Notes under the pieces: generated by a model
What the model was told of the DNA's origin: nothing
Database searches by the model: none
What the model saw: only the letters and a program-made list of their open reading frames with translations
IMG/VR virus record: IMGVR_UViG_3300002834_000024
Location: 128,001 to 192,000 of that record
Source: a virus
Taxonomy: Duplodnaviria; Heunggongvirae; Uroviricota; Caudoviricetes
Length of the DNA: 64,000 nt
Direction: 5' to 3' (one strand)
Position numbers and translations under genes: made by a program
Shown here: positions 49,673 to 59,555 of the stretch, piece after piece
How the letters are laid out: each line of letters starts with the position of its first letter
Position numbering within the stretch: position 1 is the stretch's first letter

Positions 49673-52600
49673 ATGGCAGTATATTCAGACTTAAATAAGG
49701 TTATTGGAAGAACAATGTATTCCAAGAGAGAGCGACACCAAACATTGGGCGGTAGTGCTTTATCTGTTATTTATGATACAAACTGGTCGACCGTACAAAA
49801 TTCAGCAATATTTAATGAATATGGCTCTGGTGTTCAAGCTGGAAATTTTCAAATATTGTTTAATAATGATGGAAATACCGGAAAACAGTATAATAATGGC
49901 GATTGGATACGAAATAAAAATGGCGATGGTGCAACTTATAACATATCAGTAAATGCTTATGGACATATTCTATCAGCCACTCCAAATAATAATGGAACAG
50001 ATTACAGGGTTGGTGATAGATTTAGTGTAATTGCTGGTGGTGGTATTGAGGGTCTTGTAGAAATCAGTTCAATTGGACCAAATGGTAGTGTTATAGGTTT
50101 AATTGTAATTGAACCAGGTAGAGGTTATCCAACTTCAACAGCATTGCCATTAAATGATGATTTTTGGTCATTTAATGAACTTGTTTCAGACAGAGTATCA
50201 GAGGATACATTAGCAAAAAATGATGATTGGAAATTAAAATTAGATTTTAAAAACTTAAATAGTTTTGCATTATATGGTTCATTGAGTGAATTAATTAGAG
50301 CAAGTTTTGAAGATATTGTTTTAAAATATCCCGCATCATTGTGGATGATACCAACCAATTTGTCAACTGGGTTAAATTATGAATTACAAAACCCATTTAA
50401 CATAGATGTTTTTACAGAAAGTATGGTTTCAGATAACATAAGAATTTTTATTCCAAATTATCATAAGTATGAAATTGTACAAACACATTGGGTTGAATGT
50501 CATAATTTATGTGATAATCCAACACAATATTCAAAAAATGTTTTAAGTGATTGTATTACTGATATATCAAAAATTGATCCTTCATATAGATATGTTTATG
50601 TAAAAAAACCAGCATATCACAATAATCCACCAAATCCAAATGATCCATTTATCAATGGTTTTATTGGAGTTATTAATGACCCAGTATATGCGGATCCACC
50701 TGGTGGTTTTACTGTGAAAAATAATGAATTAATTGTTACATCGAAAGAAAATTTACTGTTAAATTCATTAAACGCATATTATTATCCTGTCAAATTATTA
50801 GACAGGATTGATATTGAAACAATATTAAGAAATGATTCACCAGCGTTTGCTACTGCATATCCATGTGCAACATGTGATGGACAACCAACAGTAACAGGTT
50901 CTGGTAGTGGTGCAACTGCAACAGTTACAGTTTCAAATGGCGGTATATTGTCAATACAAGTTGTCAATCCTGGTTCAAATTATGATCCAGTAACCACACA
51001 AATAATTATCAATGATCCAACAGGTAGTGGTGCAACTGCTGATCCAATTATTGATAGTAATGGTTCAATAACATCTATTCAACTAACAGCATCAGGTTCA
51101 GGTTATACAAATCCAACTGTAACTATTGTTGATAATACCAATCATAGAGAAGGATATGCGGTTGCTGTTATGGATGATGGTGTAAATGTTATTAATATAA
51201 TTAATGGTGGTTCTGGATATACGGATCCACAAGTTACAATTACAGGGGATGGTACAGGTGCAACAGCTGAAGCAAGAATAAACAGAGGTATTCAATCAAT
51301 TACTGTTACCAATGGCGGTGATGGTTATACTTCTCCAGTTGTTAGTATTACAGATTCAACAGGAACTGGTGCAAGAGGTCAAGCCATATTAGGAAATGGT
51401 AGAATAACACAAGTTATTTTAACAAATCCTGGTGTAAATTATTCAAATAGCCCAATTATAACTATTACAGATCCAACAGGTGTTGGTGCAGTTCTTCAAG
51501 CAAATGTAGATAGGAATATACAATCAATAACAGTAACTAATAATGGAACTGGTTATACTTCACCAACAGTTGTAATAACAGATGGTAGTGGAAGTGGTGC
51601 AACTGCAATTGCGAATCTGGATTGCCGAATTGATACAATATCAATAGTAAATCCTGGTTCTGGGTATATTAATCCACAAGTAGTAATTGATGATGTAAAT
51701 GGTTCTGGTGCGGTTGCGACTGCAATAGCAAATCGTGATATTACTGCAATAAATGTAACAAATCAAGGTCAAAATTATAGAAATCCAAGTGTAGTTATAA
51801 CAGATTCAAATGGATTGGGTGCAACAGCCAATGCTATATTGGGTGGTGATGGTAGCATAACAAGTGTAACAATAGATAATCCTGGTACTGGTTATACTAA
51901 TCCAGTTGCCACAATTCAAGATCCAACAGGTAGTGGCGCTATTATTACAGTTGGTGCAAGTAGGGGTATTGATAGAATAATAGTTACAAATGGTGGCGAT
52001 GATTATACATTACCAACAGTTGTAATCACTGATCCAACAGGTACAGGTGCAACAGCCACGGCTGAAATTGATGATACAATTACAATAATAGAAGTTGTTA
52101 ATCAAGGTTCTGGATATACAAATCCACAAGTGGTTATTACTGATCCAACAGGAACAGGTGCAACAGCTATTGCTGTATCTGATTGGGGATTAGATACAAT
52201 AACATTAACAAATTCAGGTACAAGTTACATAAATCCACAAGTAGTTATTACTGATCCAACAGGAACAGGTGCAACAGCCACAGCAATATCTAATACATTA
52301 GCAACTGTTACTGTTACAAATGGAGGTACTGGTTATATAAACCCAACAGTATCATTGACAGATTCAACTGGTTCTGGTGGAGTTATAACACCAATAATTA
52401 CAGGTGGGGTTATAACAGGATTTACAGTGATTAATCAAGGACAAAATTATACATCGCCAACTATTACAATTGAAGAATCAAGAATTGATAGTATTAGTGT
52501 AACAAATGGTACTGGAAATTATTCTAATCCAAGAGTAAGTATTTCTGATCCAACAGGAACTGGGGCAACTGCAATAGCAATATTTGATGGTGTTTTAAAT

Positions 52601-55600
52601 ACTATTTCAACAATTACTGTTACAAATGGGGGTACTGGATATGTAAATCCAAGAATTATTATTACTGATCCAACAGGAACTGGGGCAAGAGCAAGTGCTG
52701 TTATAACAGCTGGTGTAATTACCTCAATAAATGTGGATAGAATTGGAAATGGATATACTGCACCAACAGTAACCATTGTTGATGAACATATAGATACAAT
52801 TACCATTACAAATGGCGGTTTTGGATATGTAAATCCTTATGTAACTATTACTGACACAACAGGTACAGGCGCAAGAATTACACCAGTTATAACAGGTGGA
52901 GTAATAACAGATTTAACAATTGATGATGGTGGTAGTGGTTATACATTACCAACAATTAATATAATAGAAAATAGAATTGATAGTATTACCATTACAAATG
53001 GTGGTAGTGGATATAGCAGACCAACAGTTGTAATTACTGATATAACAGGTACAGGCGCAACAGCCACAGCATCTCAAACAACTGGTGTTATAGATAACAT
53101 AACATTAACAAATTCAGGTAGTGGTTATACATCCCCAACAATATCGTTTGGTGATGAGATTTCTTCCTTAACTATTGTGAATGGTGGTAATGGATATATT
53201 GCACCTGTTTTAAATATCTCTGATCCAACAGGAACAGGTGCAACTGCAATAGCAACGGTTGATGGGGTAGTTGGTGCAATTTCAACAATTACTGTTACAA
53301 ATGGGGGTAATAATTATGTTGCACCATTAGTTAGATTTATTGATCCAACGGGAACAGGTGCATCAGCAAGTGTTACACAAGTTGGTGGTGTTATCACTTC
53401 AATCACAGTTAATACAAGAGGACAAGGATATACAAGCCCAAGTATAGTAATAACTGATAGATTATCATCAATCAATTTAACAAACGGTGGTAGTGGATAT
53501 GTTTCACCTACTGTAACTATAACAGATCCAGGTGGTATTGGTACAGGTGCGACTGCCACAGCAACAATAGATGGTCAACCAGGTCAAATAGCATCAATTA
53601 CATTAACAAATGGTGGTAGTGGATATAGCAGACCAACTGTTATGATAAGTGATCCAACAGGCACAGGGGCTATTGCAACAGCAATGGTATCTGGTGGTGT
53701 TATACAATCAATAAATGTTACAAACAAAGGAAATGGTTATACTTCGCCAACCATTACAATTGGCGATAGTATTTCAGCAATAAATGTTACAAATCAAGGT
53801 AATAATTATTCAAGCACAGCAAGAGTTACCATAACAGATTCAACTGGTTCTGGTAGTGGTGCTGTTGGTGTTGTAAATGTTGTTGCAGGGAAAGTCATTG
53901 GGGTTTCTGTATCAAGTAGAGGACAAAATTATATAAATCCTGTTGTAACCATCGTAGATAACATGGGAGCTGGAACTGGGGCAACAGCAGTTGCTGTGGT
54001 TGGAACTGGGGCAACAGCCACAGCAACAATAGCAACAGGTGCAATACAAACAATAACATTAAATGCACCAGGTTTAAATTATTCAAATCCACTTGTAACA
54101 ATAAATGATACAAATGGTTCTGGCGCGACAGCAACAGCTGTAATAGGAACTGGTGCTATCTTTACAATTACAACAACAAGTGGTATAATTAATACCGCAA
54201 ACATTAATAATAGAGGGGTAAATTATACATCTCCCACAATTACAATTGGTGATAGATTATCAAGTATTACAATTACAAATGGTGGTTCTGGATATACATC
54301 CCCAACTGTAACTATAACAGATCCAACTGGACGACAATCTGTTTGTGTTGCAACCCAAGTCGCTGGTGTTATAACAGAAATAAGAGTTGTTAATGGTGGA
54401 AATAATTTTACATCTCCGACTGTAACCATTAATGATCCAACAGGAACAGGTGCAACTGCCACAGTAATAGTTGCTGGAACTGGTGGTATAATCAATGCTG
54501 TAATTGGTACAGGTGCAACTGCCACACTTGTTATTGGCGGTACAGGTGCAACTGCCACAGCAACAGTTGCTGGAACTGGTGGAACTGCAACCCCAACACT
54601 TGGAACTGGTACAATAACATCTATTGTTGTTACAAATGGTGGTTTTGGATATACTGCACCAATTGTAACTATTATGGATCCAACAGGCACAGGGGCTATT
54701 GCAACAGCAACAATTACAGGTATAGGTGCGACAGCAACAGCAAGTGTAAATTATGGAGTACAATCTATAACTTTAATCAATGCAGGTAAAGGATATACAA
54801 ATCCAAAAGTATCTATCATAGGTCAAATTGGTACAGGTGCGACAGCCACAGCAACGGTTAATACAGGTATTACAGAAATAATTGTTACAAATCCTGGTAG
54901 CAGTTATACAAATCCAACAGTAACAGTTACAGACCCAACAGGAAGTGGTGTTGTTCTCAATATTATCAGGGGTATTATATCTATAACAGTTACAAATCCT
55001 GGTAGCGGTTATACAAATCCACAAGTTGTTATTACCGATCCAACAGGTTTTGGTGCAACAGCCACAGCAATAATCAATTCTGGTATTGATTCTGTATCAT
55101 TTACACCAGGATTGGGATATTCAAATCCTACTATTGTTGTATCTGATCCAAACGGTTCTGGTGCAACCTTTATTGTTGAAATTAATAGATTTATACAAGC
55201 AATTAATGTTACAAATGGTGGTTCTGGTTATCTTAATCCAATTGTAACAATAAACGACACAAATGGCTCTGGTGCAACAGCCGAAGCTGTTGTTGATACA
55301 ACATTATCATCTATTACAGTTTTGAATGGTGGTTCTGGTTATACATCACCAACAATAACAATAGTTGAAGATTATATTTCAGAAATACTTATTGTAACAG
55401 GGGGTAGTGGTTATACAAACCCACAAGTGGTTATTACTGACCCAACAGGAACGGGTGCAACAGCTAATGCTACAATTGGTGTTTCTGGTGATATAGAAAC
55501 AATTACTGTTACAAATGGTGGTTTTGGCTATATATCACCGACAATAACAATTACTGATCCAACAGGTTTTGGTGCATTAACTATTGCATCAATAGATGGA

Positions 55601-58600
55601 ATAGGTGCAACAGTTAGTTATACTACTACATGTATAATTTCATCAATAACAGTTACAAATGGTGGTTCAAATTATTCAAACAATCCGACAATAACAATTA
55701 CTGATCCAACAGGTTCAGATGCAACAGCTACAGCAACAGTTAATACAGGTATTTCTTCAATAACAATATTAAGTTCTGGAAATGGTTATACTTCGCCAAG
55801 TATTTCAATTTCAGATTCAACAGGAACGGGTGCAAGAGCGCAGTTAAGAACATCATTTAGTATTATAGCAGTAAATGTATTAGCACCTGGTAATAATTAT
55901 ACATCACCAACAGTAATAATCACCGATCCAACAGGAACAGGTGCAACAGCCACAGCAACGGTTAATACATCAATATCATCTATTGTTATAACTAATCCTG
56001 GTTCTGGCTATACCAATGCAACAGTAACAATCACTGATCCAACAGGTACAGGTGCAATTGCAGAAGCATTAGTTGGTAACAGTGTTTCTAAAATAATTGT
56101 TATGGATGGTGGAAGTGGGTACTCAAATCCTCAAATAGTTATTACAGATCCAACTGGTTCTGGTGCAACAGCCGAAGCAGTATTAGGTAATAATGGCACA
56201 ATTACAAGCATATTTGTAAGAAATCATGGTATTGGTTATTCAAACCCAATAGTAGAAATTGTTGAACTTGATCCATACAACAGAGCATCAGCAATTGCAA
56301 CAGCTGATAGTAGTATTGAATCAATTACATTAACAAATGGTGGTTCAAGTTATATTAATCCTATTGTAATAATCAAAGATACTTGTGGAGGTGGTGGTGT
56401 TGGCGCAGTAGCTGAATATGAATTATCTAATGGTGTCATTACAAATTTAATTTTGGTATCTGGTGGTTCTGGATATAGAACTGGTTGTGTTGTAGTTGAA
56501 ATAAAAGATGAAGTTGTTTGTCAAGCACATACATTTACAATAAATTATCTTTATAATGATCATAATGGGGAACCTTGTGATTTAATTAAAACAGAAGTAG
56601 AAGTTGATGGTGGAACAATGTTTTCGGAAGGGACTTTAACCAATCCAAGCATTTCATTTCATATAAGACCAAAACTTTATTATGTTGAAGATTTTTTTAA
56701 TAACTTAAATGATTTTCAAAGAGTAATATTAAATAGATATACAATACCTATTTACACATCAATATTTCGTGTACCTATTCCAAATGAAATGGGTGATTAT
56801 GTTGGTATTTGGGGGGAACTTAAATATAGCTGGCCAATGCCTGATGGATGGAATTTAGATATTCAAACAAATGCCTTTAATGATTATGTTTCTAATTTAT
56901 CTAATATTTCTCAATATCTTGATAATAATGGTGGTAGATGTGATAATTTGTATCGGATGCTTACACATGAATCTTTAAAAAATCTTGACTGGTCATTCCA
57001 AAGAATTGAAGATGATAAATTAGCCGAAGCACACATGCTTGGTGAAAGTAAATTTAAAAAGATGATGCGTGTTTATGGTCGTCAATATGATGAAGTTAAA
57101 AAATATATTCATGGTATTGAATTAATGAACAATTTATCATATAATGAAAGGGATAATTATCCAGATGCAATGTTGAAAACGAATGTTGAATACTTTGGAT
57201 GGAAAGCATTATCACTTGAAAATAAACATAACATAGGAAATTCAAGTGGTCAATTATATTATGGGTGGACGGAAGATTATAATTCACATAATTTAGAATT
57301 GGAGTTTTATAGACGTTTATTATTAAATTCTGCTCATTTATCCAAATGGAAAGGAACCAAACATGGTTTAGAAATGATTATGAACTTATTTGGAATTGAC
57401 CGTAGAAATTGGGAAATTAAAGAATATGTTTATGTTGCTACTGGTAGTAATTTTATGTCCACAGATAAAAACTATATGTTTAGTAACAACAGACCAGCAA
57501 CAACAGTATTAGATGGGTATTTTTATAGGGTTGCCACTGGAGTAGTAACTTATAATGGTAGAACATATTATCCTGGACAAGGGTTTTCTGGCTGTCCAAA
57601 TGGTGGTGCAGCCACAGGGGGAACATTTTATATTGATGAGGTTGAAAGTATTGCTTATCTAAATTCAAAACGTGAATATACATTGAGGGGAGAAATTTTC
57701 TTTCATGGGGAATTAACACAAGAAAATGAGAATGAATATAATGACCCAGATGATTTACATGATTTGTGTATTGAACGATGGTATTATGGAGATTTTAAAG
57801 TTTGTCCAATTTGTGGACCTTATAATCCAGCAACAGGATTAGGTGGTGGTATTATTTCATCAGCTGGTTCTGGTAGAACAATTTGTCCTCGTTGTCATGG
57901 GACAGGTCAAGTTAGGGATTTTGTAGGTGTTCCTGCATTTAAAGGAAATACAAATATACTTTATTATCAACAAAAAGGAGGATGGTATCAAGATACAATG
58001 ACAACTATTGGACTTGCAAATACAATGACTGATTTGTTTAGAACAAATAGAAATGATTTACAAGAAGGTATGGTATATTTTGTAAAATCTGATGGAATAA
58101 TAGGTTCAACGCATTATTGGGTATTAGTTGATTTAAACAATTGGTCATCATTAAAAGGTTGGCATCCTGTAACCCAATCAGAAATGGGTGGATTTTCGTT
58201 TGTTGGTGCTGTTTCAAAAGACCATATTAGTGTTAATATTAATTTAATGTTACAAATACAGGATGAAAATTCTGGTAATAACCCACATACAGGTGGTATT
58301 GATGGTTATGATGATGGTTTGTCGTATTTACAAAATATTGGTAGTCGAATTAAAGATTGTACAGGTACTAATGTAGTATGTCGTTATAATCCTCCTCGTT
58401 CAGCAGTTCTTAATTGTCAAGGATTATTCAAATATGTTTTGGATAATTCACCTGAATGTATATGGTCAGAAACACAGTATTCAAATCTCGAAAATATTGG
58501 ATTTATCATTAATTGTGAATTAGATACCAAAAAATGTTGGGGTGTGTATTCAAATAATGATGATAAATTACATACAGATAATACTTATAACATTTTAGAA

Positions 58601-58894
58601 AAACATAGAAAGGATTTATGGTGTATTCCTACTTGGGATGATGATAATGATCCATCAACTCCTGATAAATGTGATTTTAGATGGTATTCTGAATTAAATA
58701 CAAGAAAAGTTAATTATTCAGTTCAAAATCCTGAACATTATAAAATAATTAATGTTAAAAATATTACATTATCATATTATCTAAATAGTAATCCCAATTA
58801 TTTTGATTATGATGAACAAGAGTTTATCAATTACATATTACCATATATTGAAGATATGATTCCAAGTAATACAATTATTGACCTTCAATACTAA
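49673..58894 (+). CDS. Giant baseplate wedge protein (gp7/P2 gpI-like) carrying an inserted repeat fibre (3073 aa)
   Basis: C-terminal KWKGTKHGLEMIMNLFGI (gpI/gp7-like KGT motif) and IEDMIPSNT end; central ~50 repeats; CxxC...CPRCHGTG Zn-finger-like segment. Confidence 0.75.
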   Translation: MAVYSDLNKVIGRTMYSKRERHQTLGGSALSVIYDTNWSTVQNSAIFNEYGSGVQAGNFQILFNNDGNTGKQYNNGDWIRNKNGDGATYNISVNAYGHILSATPNNNGTDYRVGDRFSVIAGGGIEGLVEISSIGPNGSVIGLIVIEPGRGYPTSTALPLNDDFWSFNELVSDRVSEDTLAKNDDWKLKLDFKNLNSFALYGSLSELIRASFEDIVLKYPASLWMIPTNLSTGLNYELQNPFNIDVFTESMVSDNIRIFIPNYHKYEIVQTHWVECHNLCDNPTQYSKNVLSDCITDISKIDPSYRYVYVKKPAYHNNPPNPNDPFINGFIGVINDPVYADPPGGFTVKNNELIVTSKENLLLNSLNAYYYPVKLLDRIDIETILRNDSPAFATAYPCATCDGQPTVTGSGSGATATVTVSNGGILSIQVVNPGSNYDPVTTQIIINDPTGSGATADPIIDSNGSITSIQLTASGSGYTNPTVTIVDNTNHREGYAVAVMDDGVNVINIINGGSGYTDPQVTITGDGTGATAEARINRGIQSITVTNGGDGYTSPVVSITDSTGTGARGQAILGNGRITQVILTNPGVNYSNSPIITITDPTGVGAVLQANVDRNIQSITVTNNGTGYTSPTVVITDGSGSGATAIANLDCRIDTISIVNPGSGYINPQVVIDDVNGSGAVATAIANRDITAINVTNQGQNYRNPSVVITDSNGLGATANAILGGDGSITSVTIDNPGTGYTNPVATIQDPTGSGAIITVGASRGIDRIIVTNGGDDYTLPTVVITDPTGTGATATAEIDDTITIIEVVNQGSGYTNPQVVITDPTGTGATAIAVSDWGLDTITLTNSGTSYINPQVVITDPTGTGATATAISNTLATVTVTNGGTGYINPTVSLTDSTGSGGVITPIITGGVITGFTVINQGQNYTSPTITIEESRIDSISVTNGTGNYSNPRVSISDPTGTGATAIAIFDGVLNTISTITVTNGGTGYVNPRIIITDPTGTGARASAVITAGVITSINVDRIGNGYTAPTVTIVDEHIDTITITNGGFGYVNPYVTITDTTGTGARITPVITGGVITDLTIDDGGSGYTLPTINIIENRIDSITITNGGSGYSRPTVVITDITGTGATATASQTTGVIDNITLTNSGSGYTSPTISFGDEISSLTIVNGGNGYIAPVLNISDPTGTGATAIATVDGVVGAISTITVTNGGNNYVAPLVRFIDPTGTGASASVTQVGGVITSITVNTRGQGYTSPSIVITDRLSSINLTNGGSGYVSPTVTITDPGGIGTGATATATIDGQPGQIASITLTNGGSGYSRPTVMISDPTGTGAIATAMVSGGVIQSINVTNKGNGYTSPTITIGDSISAINVTNQGNNYSSTARVTITDSTGSGSGAVGVVNVVAGKVIGVSVSSRGQNYINPVVTIVDNMGAGTGATAVAVVGTGATATATIATGAIQTITLNAPGLNYSNPLVTINDTNGSGATATAVIGTGAIFTITTTSGIINTANINNRGVNYTSPTITIGDRLSSITITNGGSGYTSPTVTITDPTGRQSVCVATQVAGVITEIRVVNGGNNFTSPTVTINDPTGTGATATVIVAGTGGIINAVIGTGATATLVIGGTGATATATVAGTGGTATPTLGTGTITSIVVTNGGFGYTAPIVTIMDPTGTGAIATATITGIGATATASVNYGVQSITLINAGKGYTNPKVSIIGQIGTGATATATVNTGITEIIVTNPGSSYTNPTVTVTDPTGSGVVLNIIRGIISITVTNPGSGYTNPQVVITDPTGFGATATAIINSGIDSVSFTPGLGYSNPTIVVSDPNGSGATFIVEINRFIQAINVTNGGSGYLNPIVTINDTNGSGATAEAVVDTTLSSITVLNGGSGYTSPTITIVEDYISEILIVTGGSGYTNPQVVITDPTGTGATANATIGVSGDIETITVTNGGFGYISPTITITDPTGFGALTIASIDGIGATVSYTTTCIISSITVTNGGSNYSNNPTITITDPTGSDATATATVNTGISSITILSSGNGYTSPSISISDSTGTGARAQLRTSFSIIAVNVLAPGNNYTSPTVIITDPTGTGATATATVNTSISSIVITNPGSGYTNATVTITDPTGTGAIAEALVGNSVSKIIVMDGGSGYSNPQIVITDPTGSGATAEAVLGNNGTITSIFVRNHGIGYSNPIVEIVELDPYNRASAIATADSSIESITLTNGGSSYINPIVIIKDTCGGGGVGAVAEYELSNGVITNLILVSGGSGYRTGCVVVEIKDEVVCQAHTFTINYLYNDHNGEPCDLIKTEVEVDGGTMFSEGTLTNPSISFHIRPKLYYVEDFFNNLNDFQRVILNRYTIPIYTSIFRVPIPNEMGDYVGIWGELKYSWPMPDGWNLDIQTNAFNDYVSNLSNISQYLDNNGGRCDNLYRMLTHESLKNLDWSFQRIEDDKLAEAHMLGESKFKKMMRVYGRQYDEVKKYIHGIELMNNLSYNERDNYPDAMLKTNVEYFGWKALSLENKHNIGNSSGQLYYGWTEDYNSHNLELEFYRRLLLNSAHLSKWKGTKHGLEMIMNLFGIDRRNWEIKEYVYVATGSNFMSTDKNYMFSNNRPATTVLDGYFYRVATGVVTYNGRTYYPGQGFSGCPNGGAATGGTFYIDEVESIAYLNSKREYTLRGEIFFHGELTQENENEYNDPDDLHDLCIERWYYGDFKVCPICGPYNPATGLGGGIISSAGSGRTICPRCHGTGQVRDFVGVPAFKGNTNILYYQQKGGWYQDTMTTIGLANTMTDLFRTNRNDLQEGMVYFVKSDGIIGSTHYWVLVDLNNWSSLKGWHPVTQSEMGGFSFVGAVSKDHISVNINLMLQIQDENSGNNPHTGGIDGYDDGLSYLQNIGSRIKDCTGTNVVCRYNPPRSAVLNCQGLFKYVLDNSPECIWSETQYSNLENIGFIINCELDTKKCWGVYSNNDDKLHTDNTYNILEKHRKDLWCIPTWDDDNDPSTPDKCDFRWYSELNTRKVNYSVQNPEHYKIINVKNITLSYYLNSNPNYFDYDEQEFINYILPYIEDMIPSNTIIDLQY
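50884..56523 (+). repeat. ~50 degenerate 33-38-aa repeats, consensus ISSITVTNGGSGYTSPTVTITDPTGTGATATAxV
   Basis: Read from the translation; at DNA level GATCCAACAGG(A/T)ACAGGTGCAAC recurs many times. Confidence 0.95.
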
Positions 58895-58904
58895 TAATTA
58901 AAGA

Positions 58905-58912
58905 TATTTATA
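58905..58912 (+). promoter_or_regulatory. Putative late-promoter motif TATTTATA
   Basis: 15 nt upstream of ATG 58928. Confidence 0.5.
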
Positions 58913-58927
58913 AGAAAAATTAAAGAA

Positions 58928-59488
58928 ATGGAAGTAACAAAAAATCAATTATATTTCCTGATTAAAGAATGTATTCAAGAGGAAATTTTGAAATCTATTG
59001 GAAATAGATTAAATGAAATAGATGCAACTAATTTTTCACAAGGGACACCAAATGTAGAACCAAATGGTTATCAAGTAGGAAATACTTTACTTATGGATGA
59101 TCATTTTAAATTACTTATTATTAGAATACAGGATGGAAAAGTTATTGTTAGAGATAAGAGAGATGATGTATCTGGTTATTCAACACAAGAAATTAATAAT
59201 GATATAGCAACTGGTTTCATTAAAGTATTAGGTGAAAGTAAACAAAGGAAAATAACCGAAAATTTTGATAATTTTAGACCGCAAGGTTATGTTACAATAT
59301 CAAATACAGGAGGGATTGAAGTTGAGGTTGATAACAGGGGCGATGGAGTAAGATATAGATGGGTATTTAGCGATAGTGATGAACAACCTGTTGAAGAATC
59401 TGAAATATTATATGATCCAGACAGTGGTGAACCATATTTTCGTGTTGGTGATATGGAAATTGAACTTGGTGAAGTTATGAAAATATAA
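58928..59488 (+). CDS. Putative head-packaged protein with leader and two small domains
   Basis: MEVTKNQLYFLIKECIQEEILKSIGNRLNE leader and internal GESKQRKITE linker. Confidence 0.6.
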   Translation: MEVTKNQLYFLIKECIQEEILKSIGNRLNEIDATNFSQGTPNVEPNGYQVGNTLLMDDHFKLLIIRIQDGKVIVRDKRDDVSGYSTQEINNDIATGFIKVLGESKQRKITENFDNFRPQGYVTISNTGGIEVEVDNRGDGVRYRWVFSDSDEQPVEESEILYDPDSGEPYFRVGDMEIELGEVMKI

Positions 59489-59516
59489 AAATAGTTACAA
59501 ATCTTTAAAAATATAT

Positions 59517-59554
59517 AATATCCTTTATCTTAATGGTAAAGGATATTTTTTTTT
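59517..59554 (+). terminator. Intrinsic terminator
   Basis: AATATCCTTTATC / GGTAAAGGATATT stem followed by a T run. Confidence 0.75.
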
Positions 59555-59555
59555 A

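Noticed and set aside
50782-55024. Minus-strand ORFs of 61-167 aa, some Cys-rich, within the fibre gene
   Set aside because: They are shadows of the repetitive Thr/Gly/Ala codons on the coding strand.
50884-56523. CRISPR array or DNA-level repeat element
   Set aside because: The repeats are in-frame, degenerate at synonymous positions and encode protein; there is no constant repeat with unique spacers.
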